From the NCBI RefSeq assembly GCF_006345805.1, contig NC_043002.1, positions 107,570,001-107,634,000 on the forward strand: a DNA stretch of 64,000 nt. Direction: 5' to 3'. The stretch's first letter is position 1. Every line of letters begins with the position of its first letter. A program made the translations under genes and the position numbers. Under the pieces are notes generated by a model that saw nothing but the letters and a program-made list of their open reading frames with translations, was not told the origin of the DNA and did not search any database. Below, in pieces: positions 51,433 to 63,814 of the stretch. This DNA comes from Octopus sinensis. Its lineage: Eukaryota.

Positions 51433-51990
51433 ATTTCTTTATTGCCCACAAGGGGCTACACACAGAGGTGGCAAACAAGGACAGACAAACGGATTAAATC
51501 GATTATATCGACCTCAGTGCATAACTGGTACTTAATTTATCGACCCCGAAAGGATGAAAGGCAAAGTCGACCTCGGCGGAATTTGAACTCAGAACGTAGC
51601 GGCAGACGAAATACCTATTTCTTTACTACCCACAAGGGGTTAAACACAGAAGGGACAAACAAGGACAGACAAATGGATTAAGTCGATTATATCGACACCA
51701 GTGCATAACTGGTACTTATTTACCGATCCTGAAAAGATGAAAGGCAAAGTCGACTATGGCAGACAAAATACCTATTTCTTTACTACCCACAAGGGGCTAA
51801 ACACAGAGAGGACAAACAAGGACAGACAAAGGGATTAAGTCGATCATATCGACCCCAGTGTGTAACTGGTACTTATTTAATCGACCCCGAAAGGATGAAA
51901 GGCAAAGTCGACCTCGGCGGAATTTGAACTCAGAACTGAGAACGTAGCAGCAGACGAAATACCGGCGTGCTAACGTTTCTGCCAGCTCTC
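51433..51990 (-). mobile_element. SINE family A, trimeric
   Basis: Three body units each starting tatttcttta(t/c)t(g/a)cccacaagggg, joined at gaaatacc/aaaatacc; a single head at ~51960-51990. Confidence 0.88.
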
Positions 51991-52455
51991 TCGTTTCTGC
52001 CTAACATAAGAATGTATGTCCCTGCATTATGTTAGAGCTGTGTCACTCTAAAATTTATAGCGTATAACTGAGTACCAATCTCATACACCATTGTAGCCAC
52101 TCATTGTTGTGTCTGTATGTTGTCACTGTATAACTTACGTCATATATCTCACATGTAGTTAGATCAATTCACCATTGTAGCCACTCGTATTACTGTCTAT
52201 ATATCACTAGATATCATATGTAATATCAGTTAGCTCTATATGCTTTTGTATCCCGCTCCTTCCACTCGTATTGCCGTGTCTGTCTATCACCTCTCTTACA
52301 TTTATCCGTTCTGCTATTTTTTAAAAATAATCTCTTTCGATAAATAAAACCCAGACTACAATGGCAGCTGGTGAGTAAATATAGAAACGTGAACGCCGTA
52401 CAGGTTGCTTAATGACATTATTGTTTTATAGATGCGAAAATCGATCGGTAAAAGT

Positions 52456-52560
<105 letters not shown>

Positions 52561-52845
52561 CACAGCAGAATTAATTACTGAATCTGCTAACAAACAATTA
52601 AAATATAAACAACAAAAGGAAAGATTTCTCTTTCTTTCTTTCTTCACACCTGGGTGGATATTTAAAAATAACGAGCTATTACTGGTAGATGTACACCCCC
52701 TCCCCAACACACACAACAAACAAACAAAGATGGTTGTTATTTTCAGCATCAGTCTCTTACTATTCGGTCGACTAAGCACAAGCAATAATCATTGAAACCA
52801 CGAGCCAATGAAAGATCCTGTACGCGGTCGCTCGACCTGCTAGAT

Positions 52846-53100
52846 GAGTGATTCTCAATCGGGGTCCTTGTGGCCTTTGGTCTGGGGATAGGGGGTCCCT
52901 ATAAAATTTATCTGCAATAAACTGGTTATATTTCTACTATACACAAAATATTTAACCATTTCTTTACAATTCCTATTAATATTTATTCATGAAAATATAA
53001 TGGGAGTTTTTAGACATAGAATGGCTATGAGGGTCCCACCCACTGAATATAATAGGAACCAAAGGGTTTCATAGGGGAGCAAAATGGCTAGGAACCATTG
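52846..53100. mobile_element. Degenerate hAT-like MITE
   Basis: Ends agtgattctcaatc / gctaggaaccattg; length close to 9373-9628; TSD not convincing. Confidence 0.5.
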
Positions 53101-53539
53101 TGATAACTAGACAGAGAAGCTAAATCTCACAGTTTACCCTAAAAGACTACTTTGGCTAAGTTGAGTTAGTTGGAACGCAGTGGAAAATGTAATGGGTTTG
53201 TTTGTGGGGAAACATTGTTGATTAGGGGTCTGATTGGTCATGTTTGGCCTGGCTCTAAACGACAACAACAACCATGACAATTCTTTTTGTTTTGTTTTGT
53301 TTTTTCTTTTTTTAGAAAGGCGAATCTCGAAGTAATGTTTACACGCCTTGTCTGCTTCGAGATTTGCCGTTCCAAAAATAATTATTTTCTATTCTCTTGA
53401 ATGTTTCTAAATTCCCATTCCAGCTCCTCGGTGGAATTTGAACTCAGAACGTAAAGTACCTGAACAGGTCCCATAATCCTCGCCAATCCCACATCCCATT
53501 ATTTATGAAAAAGAAGTAATTTTAATTCTTCTCCTTGGA

Positions 53540-53655
53540 AGGCATCTACTCGCAATACAGAGGGCGCCACACTCTTCCTACCTGATGTAATCTCCAGGGA
53601 TACAGGCATCTAGCAACAGGACCTCCGTAATGCCATGATGGACCGTGAGTCTGGC
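53540..53655 (+). mobile_element. RTE-type LINE 3' fragment, cut by gap
   Basis: DVISRDTGI*QQDLRNAMMDRES resembles an RTE ORF C-terminus. Confidence 0.45.
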
Positions 53656-53755
53656 NNNNNNNNNNNNNNNNNNNNNNNNNNNNNNNNNNNNNNNNNNNNN
53701 NNNNNNNNNNNNNNNNNNNNNNNNNNNNNNNNNNNNNNNNNNNNNNNNNNNNNNN
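53656..53755. other. Assembly gap (100 N)
   Basis: Run of N. Confidence 1.
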
Positions 53756-53989
53756 ATTGTTATGATTGCTCCCCGTCCACTAATAATATTCGTACCACCA
53801 TCACAATCACCACCACCACTACATCTGCTACTGATGACACACTGTAATCCCGCCAGGTGGACTTTGTTGAACGACTGTCAATTGTTTTGGGGTTTTTTTT
53901 TTACCTGACATATTTTTGTAACTTGAGTTCCATTTCCGATGACCTCATTTCCAACTCGTATACACGAATATGCGCACATACACGCTCGA

Positions 53990-54009
53990 ACACTTCATTA
54001 TATATATAT

Positions 54010-54056
<47 letters not shown>

Positions 54057-54115
54057 TATTATATAATATATATATATATATATATACATTATATAATATA
54101 CATATACATTATACA

Positions 54116-54156
<41 letters not shown>

Positions 54157-54336
54157 TTATATATGTGTATATGCATATATGTATGCATATACACATAGAT
54201 AGAGACACAAAGAAAGAGAGAGAAAAAGATATCTAGATACATGTTTATACACACACTACATATATATGTGAATATATATATAATATATTAATATATATAT
54301 ATACATATATATAATATATGCATATATATATATATG

Positions 54337-54378
<42 letters not shown>

Positions 54379-54480
54379 CATGTCTATATATACACACACA
54401 CACACACATATGAATACACATATATGTATATATATATACACGTTTATATATGCACACACATATATATGAATATATATATG
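53990..54480. repeat. Imperfect (TA)n tracts
   Basis: Direct reading. Confidence 0.9.
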
Positions 54481-55348
54481 AAAATTAATATAAATAAATA
54501 TATTATATCTTCTTATCTCTTATGATATCTTATGATAAAAGGCAGATTTTCTCTGCCTGTTCCCATGTTCCTTTTTAATACAATTCTACAATATAGAATT
54601 TACCTATGATTTTTCGAAGTAGATTCGATTAGGTCATGGCATATAAAGTTTTTTTCAATTAGACCCCCAATTATGCAAAAATTCGAGAAAAGTAAATATT
54701 TTACGATTTGCCTCTCTAAGTTCAACTGCTTCACTCCTCCTATTACCATACTTTCTCCTACTTTCTCCTTGCAATTGTACCTTAAACCACTACTCAAAAA
54801 AAATACAGAGCAAACAGAAACAAATAAATACATAACGATTTACTCCTCACACAATTTCTTCAATTGGAATTTACCTTTGACTTTTCGAAGTACATTCCAC
54901 TCGGTCATGGCATATAAATTTCTTTCAATTTGACCCCCAGTTAAGCAAAAATTTGAAAAAACTCAATATTTTACGATTTACCTCTCTCACTTCAAAGGCT
55001 TTACTCCGCCTATTACCACACTTTCTCCCACTTTCTCTTTACACACATAGACACGCAAACATATACATATATGATAGTGTCAATTGTTGAAAGAAAATTG
55101 TAAGCTAAGAAGGTGTGTGTGTGCGTGCGTGCGTGCGTGTGTGTGTGTGGTGTGTGTGGTGTGTGTGAGTGTGTATGGATGTGTGTGTGTGTGTGTGTGT
55201 AGGAAGTGAAGGATAAAAATATGGCAAGAAGTGGACAGATGTACATATATACATACATACATCCATACATACATAGATGTGTGTGTGTGTGTATGTATGT
55301 GTATTAATGTGTGTGTGTGTATGTATGTGTATTAATGTGTGTGTGTTA

Positions 55349-55690
55349 TCTCTCTATATATAAAGCTGAAGTTGTCTGTGTGCGCCAGGTTTGGTAGCCT
55401 TCAACTAACACTATCTCCTCCGAGACCCAGCGGCACAAGTTGACCAAAATTGAGGGTATGATAGAAGAAGGCTTGCTCTTTCTGCCGTAGAAGATAAAAT
55501 TCAAATCGGACCATGTTAACACCAAAAATTATTTACATCAAAAAGGTGCTTTTTCTATGAAAATCCCTATTTTTTACGATTTTTTCACTGCTCTGTCGCC
55601 ACTTTTCGGTGTATTTCAACCAGAAAAATGTTCACTTGAAGAGAATAACAAGCTACATAATGCAAAATTTTTACTTTTCAAAAATTCCAA
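55349..55690 (+). mobile_element. Possible 5' part of a second non-autonomous Helitron family
   Basis: A|TCTCTCTATATATAAAGCTGAAGTTGTCTGTGTG resembles the Helitron 5' end at 35011; no 3' CTAG end seen. Confidence 0.35.
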
Positions 55691-55910
55691 TTCATATATA
55701 TATATATATATATAGATAGATAGATAGATAGATAGATAAGAAAGTTTGTTTGTGAAAGCACGTGGGTGAATATATAAGAAAATAGTAAAGAGTGAAAAAA
55801 CGACAGAAGGCTTAAATGTTAAAGAATATATATATTTGCGTCAATATGTCTGGAGAATATTGGAAAAATTTTTTTCCCCTTCTTATAATGACATAATTTT
55901 ATAATTTTTA

Positions 55911-55949
55911 AAGAAAGACCGGTTTCGCATTTAGCTCTTCAAATTTCTT
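55911..55949 (-). ncRNA. Inverted copy of the same hammerhead motif
   Basis: Exact reverse complement of 58264-58302. Confidence 0.7.
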
Positions 55950-58263
55950 GCGACGTAATGTTTATCTTTAATAGCGTTATCCTTGTTTTTGTTTTTTTTT
56001 TTGCTACGGAGAGTTCTAAATAAGGGAAGGTAGTGCGTGATTTCTTCCGGTGTAAGGGAGATAATCGCTTAAAAATTTTTTTTTTCCTTTTTCTCTTCTG
56101 TAACCACATTGAGAACTTCCCCTACCATACTATACATAAACAGAAAGCTAACCCAAATTTTAACACTACACAATGGAAAGAACTGATAGAACTTCAAAAT
56201 GATGAGGATATAACCATTAAGGAAGCAGACAAGGGAAATGCAGTTGTAATAATGGATACATCATACTACAGAAATCTTGTAACTTCCTTGCTTGATGACA
56301 ACCTTCATTATGAAAAAATTACCAACTACACCCCACAAAAAATAATGAAAACTCTATCTTCACTAATTAAAACCCATGAAAAGGAACTAACAACCAAAGA
56401 GATTGACTTCCTAACAAACTTTAAATGCAAACCTAGCCTTTTCTATGGTCTGCCAAAAATTCATAAAAGTCAAATTATAAATGAAACCATTAAAAAATCA
56501 CCAAAGACATACATACACACACCCAACCCGGGGGACCTAAAACTACGACCCATTGTAGCTGGCCCATCCTGTGAAACACACAGACTAAGTCTACTTATGG
56601 ACATCCTCCTGAAACCCTTCCTTAAACATATCGATAGCCATATCAGAGATGACTTAGATATGTTAAACCACCTTCCAAAAAAAGCCAAGAAGAAGAGAAA
56701 CAATCCTGGTTTCATTTGATGTAGTCAACTTGTATACCAGTATACCTCATAATTATGGACTGGAGGCAATACAGTTCTGGTTAGACCAATTTCCGGAAGA
56801 AATACCAAAAAGGATCAGTAAAGAATTCATTACTAAATCAATTGAATTCATCCTAAACAATAACCACTTCATGTTTGACAATACATTTTACCGTCAAAAA
56901 TCCGGAATTGCTATGGGTACAAGGGCAGCACCAGTCATTGCGAACTTAACAATGGGATACATGGAAATAATCATTTACCAGGAATCTTTATCAATCTTTG
57001 GAAACCCCCTCTCTCAATACATAAAAGAGAACTGGAAACGATTCTTGGACGATTGTTTTATTCTCTGGAATGAAAACACAGATAAACTCTTAAAATTTAA
57101 AAACCTATTGAACAGCATAAACCCAAATATACAGTTCACAATGGAATACAACAAAAAGGAGCTCCCGTTCTTGGATATACTAATTTAAAAAATTAACCTT
57201 AAAATAGAAGCAGACATTTTCTACAAAGCCACAGACGCCAAACAATACCTTCTCTTTAATTCATGCCACCCAAGACACACTAAAACAAACATCCCCTTCA
57301 ACCTTGCAAGAAGGATATGCACAATAGTGTCAGAACAAAATACCAGGAACTTCAGACTGCAAGAAACTCAAAAACACCTTAATTGACAGACATTACCCAG
57401 CTCAACTCATAGAGGATGGGATCAGACGTGCAACAGAAATCAAATAGAAACTTTAAGAAAAGTTCAACACAAACACACCTTCCCCGAAAATACTACCTTA
57501 CATATCTACATACAACCCCAGAAACAAAGAAGCTTTCACCATCATCACCAGAATTTACCAATACTTCATAAAAACCCCAAATTAAAGGAAATTCTAAACA
57601 TACACCAAATCATTAAAAGCTATATAACAGCCTAAATCACTTAAAAAGATTCTCACAAAGGCAAATTATCTTCTGAAATTACGGATGCAAAAGTAAAAAA
57701 ATGTGGTAGATCGAACTGTGCAACATGTCCTAACCTACTAGAAGGATCAGAATTCTTCTTTAAAGAGGGACAGAAATTCAAGATCAAATCTAACTTTACT
57801 TGTGCCTCGAAAAAACATAATCTATGTCATAAAATGCTCGGGCTGCCACCAAGACTACGTGGGGTCCACGGGACTATCACTCAGACGTAGATGCACACTG
57901 CATCGACAACAGATTGCATTCCCAGAATATAGAATGATACCTTTTAGTGAGCACATTGAGAAATGCGCAAAGCAACTACAACCACAATTTTTAATCTTTC
58001 CATTTTACCAATGTGCTTTCGGATCATCAACACAAATTAGACTAAACAAGGAAACATTCTTCATTGAAAAGTACAAACCCAGACTCAACTATCCAAACAT
58101 AATAATACAGAGAAATTCACACTAAGAGAAAAAGGAAAAACAATTTTTTTAAGCGATTATCTCCCTTACACCGGAAGAAATCATGCAGTACCTTCCCTTA
58201 TTTAGAACCCTCCGTAGCAAAAAAAAACAAGGATAACGCTATTAAAGATAAACATTACGTCGC

Positions 58264-58302
58264 AAGAAATTTGAAGAGCTAAATGCGAAACCGGTCTTTC
58301 TT
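58264..58302 (+). ncRNA. Minimal type I hammerhead ribozyme motif in the PLE terminal repeat
   Basis: aagaaa-t-TTGAAGA-gc(taaat)gc-GAAA-ccg-GTC-tttctt: stem I aagaaa/tttctt, 2-bp stem II, palindromic ACCGGT stem III, GUC site. Confidence 0.7.
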
Positions 58303-58523
58303 TAAAAATTATAAAATTATAAAATTATAAGAAGGGAAAAAAATTTTTCCAATATTCTCCAGACATATTGACGCAAATATATATATTCTTTAACATTTAA
58401 GCCTTCTGTCGTTTTTTTCACTCTTTACTCTTTTCTTATATATATATATAATATATATATATATACATATTATATAATATATATAATATATATAGTATAT
58501 ATATTATATATATATATATATAT

Positions 58524-58565
<42 letters not shown>

Positions 58566-58568
<3 letters not shown>

Positions 58569-58888
58569 CGTAAGAGTGGCTGTGTGGTAAGTAGTTTGCT
58601 TACCAACCACATGGTTCCGGGGTCCAATTCCACTTCATGGCACCTTGGGCTAGTTTCTTCTGCTATCGTATGTGTGCCTGTCTGTGTTTCCACACACCCC
58701 TCTCACCATCGCGTGACAACCGGTGCTGGTGTGTTTACGTCTCCGTCACTTAGCAATTCGACAAAAGAGACCGATAAAATAAGTACTAGGCTTACAAAGA
58801 ATAAATCCTGGGGTCGATTTGTTCGAATAAACGTGGTACTCCAGCATGGCCGCAGTCAAATGACTGAAACAAATAAAAGAATAAAATA
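58566..58888 (+). mobile_element. SINE family B (internally deleted)
   Basis: Head and tail match; the middle of the 5' half is missing. Confidence 0.8.
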
Positions 58889-58904
58889 ATATATATTTTG
58901 TACG

Positions 58905-58938
<34 letters not shown>

Positions 58939-59064
58939 TGTATGTATGTATGTATGTATGTACGTATGTATGTATTTATATATGTATGTATGTACGTATG
59001 TATGTACGTATGTATGTATGTATGTATGTATGTATGTATGTATGTATGTATGTATGTATACGAG

Positions 59065-59465
59065 TGTGCGAGGTAAGAAGTATGCTTCGCAGCTGCATGG
59101 TTCGGGGTTCGGTCCCATTGTGTGGTATTTTGGGCAATTGTCTTCTTTAATACCTGATCAAAGCCTTGTGAGGGGATTTGGTAGACGGAAACTGAAAGAA
59201 GCCCGCCGTATGTATTTATAACCATATGGCTGTCTTTATGTCTGTGTTTTCCCCCACTACTCCCCTGCCCCACCGTAGCCTGGCAACCGGTGTTAGTGTT
59301 TACCTTCCGGTAATCACAGCGATTCGGCAAAAGACACCGATAGAATATACGTACCAGGATTTTTTTTTTTAAATAAGTACTGGGGGTCAATGCATTCGGC
59401 TAAAAATCTTTCAAGGCGGTGCTCCAGCACGGCCGCAGTCTGATGACTAAAACAGATAAAAGACT
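59065..59465 (+). mobile_element. SINE family B, diverged
   Basis: gatttggtagacggaaactgaaagaagccc and tail match. Confidence 0.75.
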
Positions 59466-59531
59466 CTGTGTGTGTGTGTGGTGTTTGCACGCGTGCGTGT
59501 GTGTGTGTGTGTGTGTGTGCATGTGGTGTGT

Positions 59532-59577
<46 letters not shown>

Positions 59578-59580
59578 TGT

Positions 59581-59765
59581 ATACCTATTTCTTTATTACC
59601 CACAAGGGGCTAAACATAGAGGGGACAAACAAGGACAGACATAGATATTAAGTCGATTACATCGACCCCAGTGCGTAACTGGTACTTAATTTATCGACCC
59701 CGAAAGGATGAAAGGCAAAGTCGACCTCGGCGGGATTTGAACTCACAACGTAATGGCAGACGTGT
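59581..59765 (-). mobile_element. SINE family A, partial
   Basis: Body match. Confidence 0.8.
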
Positions 59766-59949
59766 ATACCATGAGAGGCCAAACAACCTGAAAACACTGA
59801 ACAGTTCTGTAACCCCTTGCCTGCCATGAGCCCCATTTGGAGATCTGCTGAAAACAGTCTCACTGCCGGTTGTTCAATGTATTTAAAGTGAATTGCTTAT
59901 GGACATTGTATTTGCAGAGGTGTGTTTAACATTATTTAGTCGTTTAAAA

Positions 59950-60165
59950 GGGAGGTGAGTTGACAGAAACGTTAGCACGCCGGGCGAAATGCTTAGCAGT
60001 ATTTCGTCTGTCTTTAAGTTCTGAGTTCAAATTCCGCCGAGATCGACTTTACCTTTCATCCTTTCGGGGTCGATAAATTAAGAACTATTTGTTTACTGGG
60101 GTCGGTCTAATCCACTTGCCTCTCCCCCCAAATTTCGGGCCTTGTGCCTAGAGTTGAAAAGAATA
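59950..60165 (+). mobile_element. SINE family A
   Basis: Head and body match, alternative tail aaatttcgggccttgtgcctagagttgaaaagaat. Confidence 0.8.
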
Positions 60166-60954
60166 TTTAATAGTTAAAGTTTGTCATTATTAGCTTGATA
60201 TATATACAGCTTGTATATTCTTTATGTTTTATGCCTCGTTTCTCTGGGGGTTTTTTTCGTTGTTCGAAAAAAAGTTCGTTTCTATGTTTTTGTTTTTATG
60301 TTTTCCTTTCTCATTGTAGTTGGACATCGCAGGTCCAGAACCTCTGAATATATGACTGTATTGTTGAGTACAGAGATATGTGTTCGGGGTTAGTTTTGCA
60401 ATAAAAAGAAATAAAGTAGTATTATTGCTAAATTAGAGCAAAAACCAATGGTTATTAATGGCTGGATAATAAGTCTTAGAATTGCCATTGGAAAGGGATG
60501 ACATTTTATGTCATAAATCGCAATTTTTGAACTACAAAAATATTGACTGTTTTGAAAACGGTTTTTTTTTTGCACTTCCCATCTTTATCATTCATCGATA
60601 TTTCATACACATTCACATTTGATATTATAGTCTTAAAAAAAAACGAAAATGTTTATTATTGCAATTGATTAGAAAAGGATAAATATGTTTTTTTTCAGCG
60701 ATCCCCATTTGGGACTTTACGAAAAATTTATACTTTCCAAAATAATTCACATATAAAGAAAATTTAAATACTATATATTATTCTAACACCTAAGACAATA
60801 TGAATTTAAAAAATTTGGCAGTTAATGGGTTAAAGTCCGAAGGTCGATGGAACGTGTCCAACCTTCAGCCGAAAAGATGTTCTTGTCAGTAGCTTCCAGG
60901 GTTCAAGTCGCTCAGACAGGTTGACGTAGAGCGTCAGACAGACAGACTGGGAGA

Positions 60955-61110
60955 TACTTTACGTTCTGAGTTCAATTGCCGCCGAAGTCAATTTTGCCTT
61001 TTATCCTTTCGGGGCCGTTAAAATAAGTACCAGTTGCATACTGGGGTCGATGTAATTGATTTATCCCCCCTTCCCTCAAAACTGCCGTCCTTGTGGCAAA
61101 ATTTGAAAGC
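60955..61110 (+). mobile_element. SINE family A, partial and diverged
   Basis: ttacgttctgagttcaa...tttcggggccgttaaaataagtaccagt. Confidence 0.65.
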
Positions 61111-61111
61111 A

Positions 61112-61432
61112 TTATTATTATTATAATTTATTGTCTTTGCACAACACTGGAGATATACTACAGTGTCAGCTGTTCACTACTAGTGAACTAAGGTAACAGC
61201 CCTTATTTTCCGAGCCCCATCCGGAATATTCGAGCGGTTCCAAACAGTGCTGTTTTCTGCAAGTGCTCCAGCCTTATTGCAGCTCCTGTTTGTTCCAACG
61301 TGAGATTTTTGCTCACTGTTCCCAGGGCTCCGACAGTTATTGATGCCACTACCACCTTATTCAGTGACTACAACTGCTTAACCTCCCAAGCTAACCTGTC
61401 ATATCTATCGACTTTTCTTTCTTCCTTATCGC
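61112..61432 (-). mobile_element. R4/Dong-like LINE 3' end within (TAA)n
   Basis: EERKVDRYDRLAWEVKQL*SLNKVVVASITVGALGTVSK...LQKTALFGTARIFR; (AAT)n on both sides. Confidence 0.75.
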
Positions 61433-61437
61433 ATACC

Positions 61438-61488
<51 letters not shown>

Positions 61489-61489
61489 G

Positions 61490-62042
61490 AGTGAGCGAGC
61501 AGAGCATGCCATCAAAGTGACACTGGGGTAAAATATACGAAGCCCAGTATACCCATCATGACTACCCGTCTGATAAGGGTACACCAGGCACATGCATCAC
61601 ACCATATGTGCGCGACATGGTGATCTCATATCAAGATAAACAGCACATGACCTTGCAGTGGAGCCCAGTTAGAATTTTCTTCTTCAGATCGAGTAACCCA
61701 TCCCGCTCAAAAGGTCCCTGAATAAGGGTTGTTTAAGGACGTTGAACGAAACACCCATGTTTCCAGAGGTGAATTATTCAAACCCCAAAGAATCTTCTCA
61801 ACACATGGCTATGATGCTCCCCCACTACTTCTGTTCGTGATCAGAGATGCACATATCGTCAGCCACTAAGGGACATGCTCAACTGGTTAAGGTCAACAAC
61901 TGACAAGCAATCTGTGGTATTGAGCAGAATATTGCTGTAGCCCATCTTTATACCAAGACCAAACAATGTACATGATAACACTTCACCATCAGTTAAGATC
62001 AGAAGCCATGAGAGCCACTGCCTGGTACTGCATCAGGGCATT
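61490..62042. repeat. Unclassified ~550-bp non-coding element bounded by (ATT)n on both sides
   Basis: Complex sequence with sharp boundaries inside long ATT arrays (61440-61489 and 62042-62120); no long ORF. Confidence 0.45.
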
Positions 62043-62059
62043 TATTATTATTATTATTA

Positions 62060-62113
<54 letters not shown>

Positions 62114-62689
62114 TATCATTATTAACCCTCAGGAGGAGAACTTCAACTAAAAGCATTTAGGCGCATAAATTGTGGGGCTTTTTTAAAGCATAATATCCAT
62201 AGGAGACGAAGTATCCTGGGGCTAAAATTACAGCAACATTCGTCCTAAACCAGGACTGCCATGTTATGTTGGCAAATAGTCTTTACTCCAAAGTACTGTT
62301 GCTGAATATCTCTCGTTGTGAGATTTGCAAATAGGAATTTTCTAATAATATCCTTAATTGTGCACTAGGGGTAGATGTAATCGACTGACCTCTCTACCCG
62401 TAATTGCTGGCCTTGTACCTAAATGGGAAACCGATATTACAGTACACACGGAATAAAGGCAACTGGAGCAAATGTCCAACGTCTCGACCGTCACATGATG
62501 TGTGTGTGTGTGGGAGGGAGGGAAGATGAACGGGTGCATGTGTGTATGGGTGTAAGTGCGTAGAGTATGGGTGGGGGCATGCGCAACTATCAAGCAACCG
62601 CCCACAATCACCCAATTAAAATATTGTTTATAGAGTTTTAATAACAAATCGGTGTCACCTTCGTTTCCTATTTCCATAATACTTTATGA

Positions 62690-63110
62690 TGGTGGTCGTG
62701 GTAATGGCGGTGACAGCGGCGATGGGGTGGTAGTGGTGGGGTGGGTGGTTGAGTGGTAGTAGGGATGGTGGGCGCGATGCGATAGAGTGGCGGGAGTGGT
62801 GATGGTAGTAGTGCTGACTGTGGTAATGATGGTGGTGGTGGTGTTGGTGGTGGTGGTGGTGGTGGTGGTGGTGGTGGTGGTGGTGGTGGTGTTGGTGGTG
62901 GTGTGGTGGTGGTGGTGGTGGTGGTGGTGGTCATCCTTGTGGTCTCGAGTTGGGGGTCGGGGGTCGCTCGAGACGGATGCGGAGATGGGGTGATGTGGAG
63001 ACTGGTGGTGTTGACGGCGAAACGATTGGCCATTGTTATCGCAGGAGTGAAGGAGGCGGTAAGGGTGGTGCTGATGGTGGTGGTGGTGGTGGTGGTGGTG
63101 GTGGTGGTGG
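62690..63110. repeat. (GGT)n-rich low-complexity tract
   Basis: Direct reading. Confidence 0.85.
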
Positions 63111-63253
63111 CTTGGGGTGATACAGTGTCGTGTTTTCTTCTCAGGCAACGAGACGATCCTTTGGTCGTGTTAATCTCTTGTATACCTTTCGACATGTCCA
63201 CGGAAATGGTCCGGCTCAACCGGAACGGAAGAATACGTTTAAATATACAGGGA

Positions 63254-63411
63254 CAGGCGCGTGGCTGTGTGGTAAGAAGCTTGCTTCCAAACCACAAGGT
63301 TCCAGATTCAGTCCCACAGCGTGTTATCATGGGCAAATATCTTTTGCTATAACCTCGGGCTAACCAAAACCTTATGAGTGGATTTGGTAGACGGAAACTG
63401 AAAGAAGCCCG

Positions 63412-63455
<44 letters not shown>

Positions 63456-63682
63456 GGTGTGTTAATTTTGTATACGGTTTTGTTCCCCCACCACCGTTTG
63501 ACAACCGGTGTTGTTATGTTTACGTCCCCGTAATCTAGCGGTTCGGTAAAAGGGTTCGATAGACTAAGTACCAAGCTTTAAAAAAATGTACAGCTGTCAA
63601 TTCGTTCAATCAAAATTCTTCAAAGCGGTGCCCCAGCATGACCGCAGTCTAATGGCTGAAACAAGTAAAAGATAAAAGATAC
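63254..63682 (+). mobile_element. SINE family B
   Basis: Head, SSR and tail match. Confidence 0.85.
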
Positions 63683-63814
63683 ATTCGGAAACTGAAGTGA
63701 ATCCTAATTACTCGGCGTAAATAAACAGATTAAAATTGGTAAATTGAGGCGCGGACATCAATTAATGGAACTGGTTTCCATCATTTCAGTCTAAGATGTA
63801 TTTACAAAAGACAT

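Larger units (their letters stand above)
55771..58440 (+). mobile_element. Penelope-like retroelement (Neptune-like), 5'-truncated, flanked by inverted terminal repeats
   Basis: IKEADKGNAVVIMD, FYGLPKIHK, LRPIVAG, FDVVNLYTSIPH, GIAMGTRAAP, RFLDD, PFLD, CGRSNCATC, then GIY-YIG IYVIKCSGCHQDYVGST; 55771-56097 is the reverse complement of 58124-58440; several frameshifts and stops. Confidence 0.95.

Noticed and set aside
52030-52310. Three diverged ~90-bp repeats (ccattgtagccactc...)
   Set aside because: Too degenerate to define a unit or assign a family; no sign of function.
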